From positions 1-56,415 of the forward strand of contig JBBQPO010000003.1 in the NCBI GenBank assembly GCA_038217285.1: a stretch of DNA of 56,415 bases. Direction: 5' to 3'. Under the pieces are notes generated by a model. That model saw only the letters and a program-made list of their open reading frames with translations. It was not told the DNA's origin and searched no databases. This DNA comes from Chthonomonadales bacterium. GTDB lineage: Bacteria; Armatimonadota; Chthonomonadetes; Chthonomonadales; Chthonomonadaceae. The translations under genes and the position numbers were made by a program. This document shows, one piece after another, positions 27,231 to 38,700 of the stretch; within the stretch, counting starts at the first letter, position 1, and each line of letters opens with the position of its first letter.

Positions 27231-28220
27231 ATGGATACTCGGCAAATGCCGCGCCATCGGACACAGGGCGCCTTTACCCTCATCGAACTGCTCGTCGTCA
27301 TCGCCATTATCGCGATCCTCGCCGCCATCCTCTTTCCTGCGTTCGCGGCCGTGCGCGAACAGTCGCGGCAGAGCAGCACCCTGAGCAATATGCACGCCGT
27401 CTATGTCGGCGCTAAACTGTTCAACGAGGACGAAGGCCACTATCCGTCGGTGCTGTTCGGCTATGCCGAGGCTCCGGATAACAGTCTTGCTGGCCTGACT
27501 CCGCCGCGCCCACCGCAGCGACCTGCTGCCACCGCCGATCTGGGGTCCATGCCCTTAAACATCACGCCTATGGATAAGGTCACAGAGTTTTTTGCCACCA
27601 ACCTGGGACAGCCTTACGAAGGCCTCAATCGCGGCTACCTTTTTCCGGAGCAGGTGAAAGACTATATCACCTTCACGTCGGCCGACAACCTTGTCAAGGA
27701 TAAGCAGAAGGTGTCGACGAAGGTCTACTACCCGCTCAACTCCCTCTACAATCCCGGTGGCCTCGTGGTCTGGGAAGGGACTGGGGCTATCGATGGGAAC
27801 GGATGCTCGACGGTCGCGGATCGTGACCTTCCCTCCAATGCCTATATCGGCCAGCCGAAGTACTACTATCTGATGGACAGCATGGATATTGGGCCGATGC
27901 TCGATGCCAACGGCAATATCGTCTACGATGCTCCTGGCGTTCCCCGGTACGAGCTGCACTACAGTCCCGACTGGTCGCACTATCTGGGTACGCACTGCGA
28001 GGATAAGAATCCGGTCCTTGCGAGCAGTACCTACAAAAACTATGTCACGCAGTTGAAGTATAAGAATCCGCCCAGTGACAGCACGGTGCTGACCTACATC
28101 ACGCAGCATGTCGCCACCGCCGGCAGTTCGAAAGTCATGGTTATGCTGATGAATGGTACGGCCAAGAAGATGGATGTCGTGTCGGCCGCGCGTCAGCTCC
28201 CCCTGAACTACAAGCCGTAA
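27231..28220 (+). CDS. Prepilin-type protein 2 (329 aa), paralog of protein 1
   Basis: A|FTLIELLVVIAIIAILAAILFP; shares DS.D.GP.LD.N, YELHY..DW and QLKY.NPP blocks with protein 1. Confidence 0.9.
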   Translation: MDTRQMPRHRTQGAFTLIELLVVIAIIAILAAILFPAFAAVREQSRQSSTLSNMHAVYVGAKLFNEDEGHYPSVLFGYAEAPDNSLAGLTPPRPPQRPAATADLGSMPLNITPMDKVTEFFATNLGQPYEGLNRGYLFPEQVKDYITFTSADNLVKDKQKVSTKVYYPLNSLYNPGGLVVWEGTGAIDGNGCSTVADRDLPSNAYIGQPKYYYLMDSMDIGPMLDANGNIVYDAPGVPRYELHYSPDWSHYLGTHCEDKNPVLASSTYKNYVTQLKYKNPPSDSTVLTYITQHVATAGSSKVMVMLMNGTAKKMDVVSAARQLPLNYKP

Positions 28221-28259
28221 CGTTAACCCGCCCCGGCTTTGGAATGATGTGTCCGCCTA

Positions 28260-28288
28260 GGAACATTCGATTTGGCAGTGTCGTCGAA
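28260..28288 (+). promoter_or_regulatory. Putative ECF-sigma promoter for the large prepilin genes
   Basis: GGAAC-N17-CGTCGAA. Confidence 0.65.
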
Positions 28289-28337
28289 AAGAAGCGACAC
28301 AGAAACCACGCTCCCCTGGAGAGAGGCTCGAACGGAT

Positions 28338-30275
28338 ATGATGAGAAGAACAGAAACAGAGAACCGACGGAGGGCAGGACGCCGCATCAGCGCCCCGGGC
28401 TTCTCGCTCATCGAAATCCTGGTCGTGTTGGTGGTCCTTCTCATCGGCATTCTCGCCATCGTGCGCCTGTTCCCACCTGGATTTCTGATCATCGGTCGGA
28501 CTTACGATCTCACGGTCGGACAGTCTCTTTCGCAGCAGCAGCTCGATGCCGAGCGCAATATGCTGGCCCCGCCGGCAAGCGTTGTCTGCCTCAGCCCGGA
28601 TGGCGCCCTGAATGCGAATGGAACGCCGGTTATCGTTTCTTACATTCGGCCCGACGACATGACCGACTTCATCGTCGGCGACCCGGCGTTGAGCGGTCGC
28701 GACCCGTACTACGCCTCCAACATCAACCGGTACACACGGGTGCTGGGCGAGGTGTTCCGCGTCCCGATCCCGAACTCCAACGCCGGAAACGGCCAAGGCG
28801 CGGTCTACACCCTTCAACTCGGCCCGGTTTCCAACACTTTTTCGACGAGCGGCAGCGGCGCCCCCCAGGACAGCCTGCTGGTGCGCGGCACCCCGCTGGA
28901 GCGTACTGAGCAGAGCAGCGTTCAGGGCCCGAACAGCCCGACAGGATACGCTATCCTGCGCAGCGACGCCGAATACGCGATCGACTACGCGGTCGGCCAG
29001 ATCGCTTTTACGCCCCGCGTCGGGACCGGCTCCCGCAAATATGTGTTCGAATACGACTACTACACCAACACGAATCCGGTGACGATCAAACATACCGCGG
29101 GCAGAATTTCGGTTCCGGATGTTGCGGCGCCGGGGTCGGCTCCGCTCTGGCAGCCCGTCTTCGATGCGGTCTACAATATCATTCCTCCGGACCTGTTGCG
29201 GTTTAAGTTCAACAGCGACGATGTGAGCCGCCAGTTCGTGCTGATGTCGGTGACCCCCGTGGAGAGCGGCGGCAACCCCGGCTTCGACAACGACCCTTAC
29301 GAGTATGTCTGGTACAGCATGCAGCGCTCTTCGAACGCCAACATCGGCGTGCTGCTCTTCAACCCGGCAGGATACGATCAGATCGCGCTGAATGCGCGGG
29401 GCAATAAGCCGCTGACCGCGCGGGTGGACTACACGACTTTCGACAACCATATCATTCGCGACGACCGCGTGGTTCCGACAGGTGTGCCGTACACGTTCCG
29501 CCTGACGCTCAATCACATTTTAACCAACGGTGATGTGCTGGACAACCAGGCCACCTACAACAACTTCGACCCGGCACTGAACCCCTACAACGGTCTTTTC
29601 CGGGATAACACCGGCCTCACGGAAGACCTGATCGTCGTCAACACGATCACCGGCAACGTGGAAGGCGTCTGGAAGAACAAAAACGGCACGGGAGCGCTCG
29701 GAGTTGGACCGCAGAACCCGATCCCGTTCGAACCGGGCACCGGCACGGTCACCCTGAACAAGCAGTATATCGAGGCCAACGGCCTGCAGTCCGCCAACCT
29801 GCGCTGTCTCTATCGGGCGACGAAGGACTGGGGAATGCAGTTGCAGAAGGGCACGACGCTCTATCTGCCCGGCACACAGTTGGCGGAGGTCGACTTCCGG
29901 CACTATCTGGTCGCTCCCGCTGGCTCCAGCAACCCGACGCGCATCTACTTCGCGCCCTGTGACGGCGGCAAGACGGTCGTGCTCGGCCAGTACTACGATC
30001 TCTCGCTGGCAGGAACGCCGGACGCGAACAGTCCGATCAGCAACGAAGCCTATCAGATCAACGGCGATCCGGCGACCTTCGACAGCTTCAACCTGCCGTA
30101 TATCGATACGAAGTCCAAGCACCCGTCCTATACCGGCTTTTCCGCCACGCAGACAGGGTTGCCGGTGCTGAATGTGCAGGGCGTCTCCCTGAAGTCGCGG
30201 GTGGCCTGGCGGGCCGGTTCGCGCTGGCGTAAACTCGACAACGACACCATACTTGCCGCTACGCCGCTTAAGTAA
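28338..30275 (+). CDS. Large prepilin-type protein 3 (645 aa; PilV-like position)
   Basis: Basic leader, G|FSLIEILVVLVVLLIGILAIVRLFP, then about 600 aa beta-rich body. Confidence 0.85.
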   Translation: MMRRTETENRRRAGRRISAPGFSLIEILVVLVVLLIGILAIVRLFPPGFLIIGRTYDLTVGQSLSQQQLDAERNMLAPPASVVCLSPDGALNANGTPVIVSYIRPDDMTDFIVGDPALSGRDPYYASNINRYTRVLGEVFRVPIPNSNAGNGQGAVYTLQLGPVSNTFSTSGSGAPQDSLLVRGTPLERTEQSSVQGPNSPTGYAILRSDAEYAIDYAVGQIAFTPRVGTGSRKYVFEYDYYTNTNPVTIKHTAGRISVPDVAAPGSAPLWQPVFDAVYNIIPPDLLRFKFNSDDVSRQFVLMSVTPVESGGNPGFDNDPYEYVWYSMQRSSNANIGVLLFNPAGYDQIALNARGNKPLTARVDYTTFDNHIIRDDRVVPTGVPYTFRLTLNHILTNGDVLDNQATYNNFDPALNPYNGLFRDNTGLTEDLIVVNTITGNVEGVWKNKNGTGALGVGPQNPIPFEPGTGTVTLNKQYIEANGLQSANLRCLYRATKDWGMQLQKGTTLYLPGTQLAEVDFRHYLVAPAGSSNPTRIYFAPCDGGKTVVLGQYYDLSLAGTPDANSPISNEAYQINGDPATFDSFNLPYIDTKSKHPSYTGFSATQTGLPVLNVQGVSLKSRVAWRAGSRWRKLDNDTILAATPLK

Positions 30276-30309
30276 GTCGATTCCAGGAACTACGAGGCAT
30301 ACACAAGCC

Positions 30310-32532
30310 ATGAGAGCCATATCACAACCGAATGAGAGCGCCGAAAATCGACTGCGACCTGCGGCGAACGCTGCAGGGCAACGCTTCCGCACCGGGTTTA
30401 CGCTGGTCGAGTTGCTGGTCGTCATCGCCCTGACAGCGATCCTGTTGACGGTGATCTTCATCCCGCTCGTCAACAGTTACGCCCTGACGAGCAAGGCCGA
30501 TACGCAGATCCTCGCGCAGGGGACCGGACGCGCCGCCCTGAGCAATCTGATCGGGCTGCTCTCCAACGCCGATACCATCTACGACAACGCCATTACGACG
30601 CAGGTGAACGGCAAGGGACAGACGATCATCGGCTCGGAAATCAATCTCTGGCTGCCCGAGTTCGATGGCAAGCAGTATACCAAACCCGTGTCGTTCGCGA
30701 TGCTCGAAGCGGTCACGCCGGCGCGGCAGTTGGATCAGAGCACATACACCTACGATGCGATGGGCAATCCGATCGCGATGCCGATCGACCCGACGACCAA
30801 TCAGCCGATCTACGATCCGAGCCTCTCGCCCGGCTTGAGCGGCTTCCAGTTGCCGCTGGCCCCTGGACGCATCCTTACCCGTGTCTTCGTCGGGCTTACG
30901 AACAATGCGGTGGACAGCCTGACGGGGCTGCCGGTCGTTCCTTACAGCAATCAGTACGAGGACAAACAGAACACGTTCAGCAATCGCTATACGCTCTACC
31001 GCGCCGAAGTCACGGCCTATATTCAGGATCCGAACGTCATCAATCCGACTCCGAATACAAAGTATGTGCCCAACCTCGGCCTGTTCCACACGGTCGATGC
31101 GAGTGGCAATGTGACGAATAATGTTGGCGATACGCTGCGCCTGCACGACCCGAACTTCTTCTACGACAACTCGCCTGCAGGTGGCGTTGCCGGTACCAGC
31201 AAACTCTGGGCCGTCAAAGGCTGGCGCGATCTGAACAACGACGGTGTCTGCGAGATCTGGGAGAACTGGGCGGCGCTCTCTGTCTCCCTGTTCCCGAAAG
31301 ACAAAGTGGATATGCTCGCGCTGGACCGCAACCCGGATACGAACGCGATCATCTATTACGACAACAACGGACAGCCCCAGACGTCGCCGGGGGGTGCCGA
31401 TAAGCCGAATGCGCGCACGCTGGCTGTCTTCAAGCCGACCTTTGTGCAGAACGATGTGGCGGTTCCGACCAGCCTGGACAATAGCGGCAACGAGACGCCT
31501 CTCGCGCAGTCGCCGACCTACATGACCCAGTACGCCCACTGGACGCGCCCTTATCGCGTGGTCGTCTATCGCACCCCCAGTGGCGCGGATCCTATTAAAC
31601 AGAACCCGCTGACCTACTACGAGGCCATCGGGGCCTACAGCGGTGATACGCGTATTTTCGCCCTTTCGGTGCCTGCGGCAACGGCGCCGCCTGCCGTTCC
31701 CGGCGCTCTGACAGACGTAGGGCCGCAGCCTGATCCGAAGACCGGCGCCTTTACGAATCTGACCGCTCCGTTCGGCTTTACGGTGAATGCCGACAAGGGT
31801 ATCATCAACTTCGCCTACACGAATGGAGTGACAGTCAACGTTGGCCCGGCGCCGGCCGCGCCCTATAAGCCTTACGATCCTGTGCCGCAGCGCTACAGTC
31901 CGCTCATCGTCAACCTTAACGATCCTACGCGGCGTTATATCGATCTGCGGGCCACGCTGCCCGGAGGGCTGAACCCGGCGAGCGCCGTCTCACCGTTAGA
32001 CAAGAATGCGCCCTGGTATGGGGATGTGCATATCGTCCCGGGCAGTGAACTGGTCTATGGGCCCGATCAGGTGCCGGGCCCGCACTATGGCTACCGAATT
32101 CGCTATACGCGTGTTGCCTCGCTCTCGAACAGCAACGTCGCGATCGGCGCGAACCAGTACCAGATCAACTATGAGAACAACAGCAATCCGCAGGCGTCTA
32201 CCGATCCTTCCCTCTTTCTGGGCTATCTCAAATTCCGAGACGGGACTGAAGTCGCTGTCGGTGAGGATCCAGCGGCCGGCAAGTTTTACAAGCTGCTGCT
32301 GCCTAATCTGAAGGCCGATCTCACGAACCCCGGATTTAACCTTCCTGCCGACAATGTGGAGGTCAGCTACTCCTTCACCATGATCCGGCCGAACGATGTC
32401 GTCAAAGTCGACTATATGACTCGTGACCTGATGAACGTTGCCCTGGAGGTCCGCCTCTACGACGCGCGTTCCGGTCAGCCGCAGATCATCTCGCTTTCGG
32501 ACAAGGTCAAAGTTCGCAATTTGCAGCACTAG
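30310..32532 (+). CDS. Large prepilin-type protein 4 (740 aa; PilW-like position)
   Basis: G|FTLVELLVVIALTAILLTVIFIP; DLNNDG Ca-type loop; C-terminal LSDKVKVRNL recalls PilW/GspJ-type ends. Confidence 0.85.
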   Translation: MRAISQPNESAENRLRPAANAAGQRFRTGFTLVELLVVIALTAILLTVIFIPLVNSYALTSKADTQILAQGTGRAALSNLIGLLSNADTIYDNAITTQVNGKGQTIIGSEINLWLPEFDGKQYTKPVSFAMLEAVTPARQLDQSTYTYDAMGNPIAMPIDPTTNQPIYDPSLSPGLSGFQLPLAPGRILTRVFVGLTNNAVDSLTGLPVVPYSNQYEDKQNTFSNRYTLYRAEVTAYIQDPNVINPTPNTKYVPNLGLFHTVDASGNVTNNVGDTLRLHDPNFFYDNSPAGGVAGTSKLWAVKGWRDLNNDGVCEIWENWAALSVSLFPKDKVDMLALDRNPDTNAIIYYDNNGQPQTSPGGADKPNARTLAVFKPTFVQNDVAVPTSLDNSGNETPLAQSPTYMTQYAHWTRPYRVVVYRTPSGADPIKQNPLTYYEAIGAYSGDTRIFALSVPAATAPPAVPGALTDVGPQPDPKTGAFTNLTAPFGFTVNADKGIINFAYTNGVTVNVGPAPAAPYKPYDPVPQRYSPLIVNLNDPTRRYIDLRATLPGGLNPASAVSPLDKNAPWYGDVHIVPGSELVYGPDQVPGPHYGYRIRYTRVASLSNSNVAIGANQYQINYENNSNPQASTDPSLFLGYLKFRDGTEVAVGEDPAAGKFYKLLLPNLKADLTNPGFNLPADNVEVSYSFTMIRPNDVVKVDYMTRDLMNVALEVRLYDARSGQPQIISLSDKVKVRNLQH

Positions 32533-32586
32533 CCTCTGGGCCGGGTACAGAACGTATCCGGCGACCCGCTCGGGAGCATTCACGCT

Positions 32587-35500
32587 ATGGAAACGCAACC
32601 CAGGACAATTCAAATGAGATCGTCTCGCCACTATAGAACACGTCGCGCGCATCGCGGCCAGATGCTTATCGTCGCCCTCGCGATACTGTTCATTCTGCTG
32701 TTCATCGGCGGCCTGTTCGTCGTGCAGATCGCCCGGAACCTGAACGCCGCCTCGCGCAGCAAAGAGACGGTCAACTCGCAGTCCTTCTCCGAGGCAGGCA
32801 TCAACTACTGTGTCAATCAGTTGACCTACAGTGAAGAGGGCGCCGACTGGCGTCCGGCCCCGACGCCGCCCTTCACCAGTGCGAGCGCTCCCAACGGTAT
32901 CACGGATCCGGATTTCCGCTGGCTGTCGCAGGGCTTCACGCGTGTCTTTTTCAACGGCGGTCGGTCGCTGGTGCGGGTGGTCTACGAGCCCCGCGCCGAC
33001 GATCCGCGCAGCCAGTACCTGCGCATCGAAGCGGTCGGACGGCCCGGCGATATTTCGCAGGGCGATGTCGATCCGACGGTCTTCGTGCAGAGCGGCAGCC
33101 TGCCGCCGCAGTTGCGCCGGGAACAGGTCGCCTATGTCCAGCTTGGCCTGACCGACTATCTCTTTTTCGTCACCAATAAAGACCGCACCGCCTATGAGAA
33201 CTTTATCGGTACGCCGCATATGGAAGCCGCTGTTGCGGGGCAGAATCCCGTGGACGGTCAGCACGATCCCCCGACCGTGATCGGTGACCCGACCATCGCC
33301 GCGCATCAGAAGGATGGCATCAACAATGGGGAGGTGTTATTCGGCGCTTCCAGCCGCTTCAACGGCCCTGTCCGCGTTGGAGGCGACACCTTTATCTATC
33401 TCAGTCCGCGCCAGTCCTATCCGGCGGCGGCAGAGACGTTTTTGACTTCCAGTGCGTTCTCTCTCGCGCCGACCCGCGACCTGAATAGCGACCCTAATAA
33501 TCCGGCGAATGACGGCATCCTGAACGACAACGACCTTCAGGTGTTCGTGAACACTAAACTGGATCTTACCGGCACGGTCAACCCGATCTATCCCAGCAGC
33601 AGCCCGAGCTTCAGTACGCTGTTGGGCCTGGTTCGTGACGGCTCCTCCGCTCCCGATAATATCGGCTTCAACCGGGGTATTCCGCGCCTCGACCCTATGC
33701 TGATGGACACGAAGGTGGACGGCACCGGCGTCCTGCGCTACCGCTCGCTGACCCGAGATTCCGGCACCTTCGTCGGCCAACTGAACACCGGTTCCTTCGG
33801 CTGGGGACGCGGCATCTACATCAATAATCCGCAGGATCTGCAGCATGAGTCACAGGGTGTCAACGGCGCTTACTCGCTCCGCGCCGACTGGCTCGATCCC
33901 CACGCCTTTCCGAACTCCGCCTGGCAGGGCCCCAACTACCGCCCGCCGGGTGTGCAGTTGGAGATACGGGGCACCCACCTTATCTTCACGCGCAGCGACG
34001 GAGAGGTTTTCCGCAAGCCGAATGGAACGCCGATCACCGCCAACGGTGGCCAGGTGATCGATATTCCGCTCGCCGATGACGAACGCAACAACTATGTCTT
34101 TGCTGATGGCACTCCCTACCAACTGCCGCCCCTGCCGCACCTCGGCGATGAGCCGAAAGGCACGGCGGGTACGCCTGTAGGCTATAGCAATCCGTTCACC
34201 GATCAGAACTCCTACGGAGTCAACGTGGTCGTGATGGCGGAAGGCAACCTGCGGGTGAAAGGCAACTATGGCGGCGTCACCAATCCGACCGACCTGACGG
34301 TTCCGCACCTGGGCCGCGTCCATATCACGCTTGTTTCCGGCGGCACTACCTATATCGAGGGCAACCTGCTCAAGGCCGACGGCTACGTGACCGGTGGCGT
34401 ACCGACGCTGGAGCGCGGCTCGACCTGCTCGATCCTGGCGAAAGACTATGTCTGCGTCAACACCACGATGTTCATGACGCCTGAGAACCAGACCCAGGTC
34501 TGGAATTCGGATCCGGCCGTAGACGGTGTCTTCGATACGAATCTGGGGCCGGGCCAGCCCTTCGACCTGGGCTTCCGTTGGGGTGTCGATCCCATCTCCT
34601 ATAAGGTCGGTAACAACGCCAGCCCGATCTTCCTGATGACGCGCCAGCGCGGTTTGGACGGCCCGACCGCCATGAACCTGCTGATAAATCCGGTGCTGAA
34701 TGTCATAGATAATGCTCACCCAGGTGGGTCCGCGCCGTACCAGTTCAACGAAGATCCGTCGCTGCCGACCGACAGCTTTGCGCTCGGAGCGCGGATCATC
34801 AATGGCGTGGTCGTTCCCGACGCCAGTCAGTCGACACCCAACGCCGACATGCGCGCCTTTCTGCTGCGCGATCCCGGCAACGCTTCGCTCTATTACGATC
34901 CGACGACCAGCCTGTTCAACACGCTTCTCCGCGCGCCGGGCTTCGAGAACATTCTGCGGGTGCAGAAAGACCAAAACGCCGCGCAACTGCTGGCATCCGG
35001 CGGCTCTACCGACTATCTGTTCTCCAGTGCGGTCGTCGCGCCGATGGACATTCGGATCGAGGCAGCGATGTACGCCCAGGAGAAGTCGTTCTTCATCATA
35101 CCGGGCTATTCGGTCAACCAGAATCCGCAAGATACCCGCAGCCGTTTCTTAAGGACTGGTACACGCACCTCCTACAGCATCGGCAGCAGCGGTCAGATCC
35201 TGGACAGTGCGGCGGACAAGGCCGCCAAGGACGTCTATCCGTTCTACAACGAGCCGACCGATGTGCGCCTCACGATCTTCGGGGCGATCTCGGAGAACTA
35301 TACGGCGTCGATGGGCGATCAGGCGGCCTGGATGTCAAAATGGGGCTATATCCCGACCGTCTACGGCTCCAGCAATGTCGGCATACCCGACGACCATCTG
35401 GCGGTACACGACGCCACGACCGTGCTCTGCACCTATAACAACGGCGAGGATCGGTCCAAGGACTTCCGCACCCCGCTGGAGGCGGCGGAGCATATCACGC

Positions 35501-35745
35501 GCGGCCTGCGCTATCTCTACGATCCGGCGCTGGCGATGCCCTACCAGCACGCGTCCGATGTGAATCTGACCACGGCAGGCAATGCCGCTGTTCTGCGGCA
35601 GGGTCGAGCGCTGCGCTCGAAATTCACGCCAGCGACCGCCTGGTGGCCCGCCGGTATCATGCAGATCCTGCCGCCCACGCCGCGGCAGCCGGTCTGCCCG
35701 AGCCTGCTCTATTTCGGGGATAGCGATCATCCCCTGGTACCGTAA
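32587..35745 (+). CDS. Very large PilX/GspK-like prepilin (1052 aa)
   Basis: RG|QMLIVALAILFILLFIGGLF without Glu5, followed by SQSFSEAGINY (PilX N-terminal pattern). Confidence 0.8.
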   Translation: METQPRTIQMRSSRHYRTRRAHRGQMLIVALAILFILLFIGGLFVVQIARNLNAASRSKETVNSQSFSEAGINYCVNQLTYSEEGADWRPAPTPPFTSASAPNGITDPDFRWLSQGFTRVFFNGGRSLVRVVYEPRADDPRSQYLRIEAVGRPGDISQGDVDPTVFVQSGSLPPQLRREQVAYVQLGLTDYLFFVTNKDRTAYENFIGTPHMEAAVAGQNPVDGQHDPPTVIGDPTIAAHQKDGINNGEVLFGASSRFNGPVRVGGDTFIYLSPRQSYPAAAETFLTSSAFSLAPTRDLNSDPNNPANDGILNDNDLQVFVNTKLDLTGTVNPIYPSSSPSFSTLLGLVRDGSSAPDNIGFNRGIPRLDPMLMDTKVDGTGVLRYRSLTRDSGTFVGQLNTGSFGWGRGIYINNPQDLQHESQGVNGAYSLRADWLDPHAFPNSAWQGPNYRPPGVQLEIRGTHLIFTRSDGEVFRKPNGTPITANGGQVIDIPLADDERNNYVFADGTPYQLPPLPHLGDEPKGTAGTPVGYSNPFTDQNSYGVNVVVMAEGNLRVKGNYGGVTNPTDLTVPHLGRVHITLVSGGTTYIEGNLLKADGYVTGGVPTLERGSTCSILAKDYVCVNTTMFMTPENQTQVWNSDPAVDGVFDTNLGPGQPFDLGFRWGVDPISYKVGNNASPIFLMTRQRGLDGPTAMNLLINPVLNVIDNAHPGGSAPYQFNEDPSLPTDSFALGARIINGVVVPDASQSTPNADMRAFLLRDPGNASLYYDPTTSLFNTLLRAPGFENILRVQKDQNAAQLLASGGSTDYLFSSAVVAPMDIRIEAAMYAQEKSFFIIPGYSVNQNPQDTRSRFLRTGTRTSYSIGSSGQILDSAADKAAKDVYPFYNEPTDVRLTIFGAISENYTASMGDQAAWMSKWGYIPTVYGSSNVGIPDDHLAVHDATTVLCTYNNGEDRSKDFRTPLEAAEHITRGLRYLYDPALAMPYQHASDVNLTTAGNAAVLRQGRALRSKFTPATAWWPAGIMQILPPTPRQPVCPSLLYFGDSDHPLVP

Positions 35746-35769
35746 CGCATTGAGCCTGAGTTCGTCAAA
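35742..35769 (+). promoter_or_regulatory. Putative ECF-sigma promoter for the 1703-aa gene
   Basis: GTAAC-N16-CGTCAAA, 24 nt before the ATG. Confidence 0.5.
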
Positions 35770-35793
35770 TGACGGGATTACGAAGGTAAGAGA

Positions 35794-38700
35794 ATGAAGA
35801 TAAGACGCAACGCGAAAAATAAGATCCGCCCGCTCCGCATGCTGATGCCGGGACTGGGACTGCTGACCCTGCTGGCCGGTAACCTGCTGCCAGCCCATGC
35901 GGATACCCATAGCTACGCCAGTGAGCGGCGGCAGATCAAGGTCTGTGTGCTGGTCAGCAGCGCTGCTTCCGGAGTGGGCGGCGGACCAGAGAATGTCACG
36001 CCGCACGTCTTCTATATCCTGGATCGGCGCACGGACCTCAAGCCTGCCGGGTGGGAGTTCGTCAACCCGATGGCCCCGACGACGATCACAGGCGATATCT
36101 ACAACCGCTGGCAGCAGCGTGGCAGCGGAGCCACGCCGGATCCGGCCTTCGCCAACACCCCGCAGGGGATAGATTTCCGCATCGGGCAGCCGCTGAGCAA
36201 GAACTTCGGCGCCTACTGGGAGGTCAACCTCGATACCGCTTCCACCAGTGATCTGGCGCAGTTCGATGTGGTGCTGATGGCCTATCATAACCCCCAGACG
36301 CAGTTTTCACCGGACGAGCGCGAGAAGCTGCGCCGCTATGTGGACGGCGGCGGCACAGTCTGGCTGGAGGACGAAGGCAACTTCGACCTGAAGAACGGCG
36401 GCAGCTACGGCGGCGGGCAGTTTGTCGTCGATCTCGGTTTCGCGACCGCGATCCCGGCCAACGCCCTGCCGACGCCGGCAACGAAACACCATCCGCTGAT
36501 CAACTTCCCGTATGCTATCTCCCCGGTCGATGTGCTGTCGCTCGGCGCGGCCGGAGTGCAGTACGATACGGGAGCCTACACGCATCACGCGCATCAGGGC
36601 CTGACGGCCAACTTCAGCGGTGTGAACGGACTGGCTAACCCGCGTGTGCTGGTTCCGGTCATCTGGGCCGGCACCTCCAGCGGCCAACTGCCTTACATCT
36701 CGGCCGGTGACTACGGCGCCGGGCATATCGTGGTGAGTTCCGGCGGCATCGCGACGGGTATCAACGCCTATGTCGGCGGCGTCGATGTGGGCGAGGGCGG
36801 CAACAGCGCCGTCGCCAGCGGTGAGGCTTCACTGGCCGCACGACCGGTCGACCTCAAATTCGCCTACAACCTTATCGCCTGGACAAGCTCGGTTCCGACA
36901 GGCGGCGTGAATGCACGGCGCACGAACAGCACCCAGGAGAACGTCGGTACGCAGTTGGGGCCGCGCTTTGCCACCATACCCCCGGTCGCCCAGAACCCTG
37001 CGCTGCCTCCCAACCTCCTGTTCGGCTCCGGGGCCATCGTCCATAAAGGCGTCGTGTTCTATGTGGACGGCGCCAATGTGCTGCACGCCTACGACGCCAG
37101 CCCGCAGCAGGATCTTGACGACGACGGCAATCGCGACGACGGCATTCCCGACCTTATCTACGGCGCGCCCTACGACGAGATATGGAAGACCCCTCTCATT
37201 GGCCTGCTGAACACCCAGGCGGACACTCGGATCTCCACGCCTACCATCGCTTCGGTCGTCAATGCGGCTACCGGCATCCCGCAGGATATCCTGATGGTGA
37301 CGACCAGTCTCGGCGCGACCTTGGCTTTCGACGCTTTTCCCACCAGCGGGGGAGTCCTGGCGCCCTTCTCGCCGATGGTCTGGGGCAACTCCTCGCCCGA
37401 CAACACTCCTGTCGATCTGGCCGGAGACATAACGGCGGTGCTGGGCAACACTCTGCCGGCGCCCAGTCCGGCGTTTTCGGATGGCGTCGTCTTCACCCTC
37501 TGGAATCAGATGGGAACCGACGTGAATCATCACTGGCATGTTGCGGCGATCGATCCCCTGACCGGCAACGACATCTTTAGGGAGACCAGCGGCGCCCTCA
37601 TAGGCCAGACCGTCGCGCCCTCCACCCAGGCAGGACTGGGAGGCCCGGTTCAGGGCATGCCGAACCCCGTCGGCTCGCTGACGACCGGCTATGTGCGCGA
37701 CGACGGTACCGGTGCGCTCGACAAGATGATCTATGTGCCCACGCGGACCGCCGTGAACACAGATACCGGCGCGGGTACTGTGCAAGGCGTCTGGTTCAGC
37801 ACGAAGGGCGAGCCGCTGGAGGCCCTTCCCGCCTCACTCAATGCGTTCTCGCCTAAAGGGCAGCGCCTGCATGTGCCGTGGTACCTGACGGCGCCTCCTG
37901 CGAACGGCGTCGATCTGCGGCCTGTCGTCTATCAGCGCAGCGCCGCCGGAGTGATGACGCGCCTGCGCTACCTGACCGATTTCACGGTTCAGTACGTGAA
38001 CCCCCCGGTCCCGTCCATTCCGCCGAGCCGCGACATCGTGGTGAACATCAGCGCGCCGATCAACGCCGGAGATACCTTCAGCGCCGATTATACGCTCGAC
38101 TGGCCCGCCGACCCGCTGCCAGGCCCCCCCGGAGGTCGTCCGACGTTCAACGAGATGACCCTGTTCAGCCACCGCGATATACCGATCATTCCCAATACTC
38201 TCCGGCCCAACCCGCCCAATCCGGCTGCCATCCGCCTGCTGGGAAGCCCGACGCTCTCCCCACAGGACTACCTGTTTATGGGCGGAGGGGACTATCCCGG
38301 CGGTGATCGGCTGTACGCCTACCATCAGCAGTTCGGCAACAGTCTCCTTGACACTGGGCAGCGGAAGGGAAACACCGAACTCGCCTGGATGTTCAATGCC
38401 AACGCGCCCGACGACGATTTCAACATCGGCGCAGGTGGCCTGGCTGGCCGTATGCACAATACCGACACCTTCTTTCCTCCGAAGACAGTGCCTGTGCCTG
38501 GGCCCGACGTGTATGTAACGGACTTCGAACAGATCGGCTCGCCTGCCTACGCCAACGGCGTGGTCTACGTGACCGGTTACTGCCACCTTCGGTCTAACGT
38601 ATCGGCGGCCGTGAAGAACTTCCCGGATGCGCTGGTCGTGATGGCGCTGAAGGCCAATCCCGACACCAGCTTTACCGTGCAGAAAAGCGATGGAACGCCA

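Noticed and set aside
18637-35745. Type II secretion system assignment
   Set aside because: A PilT with AIRNLIRE indicates a retractile type IV pilus-type system, and no GspC/D/L/M is seen in the window
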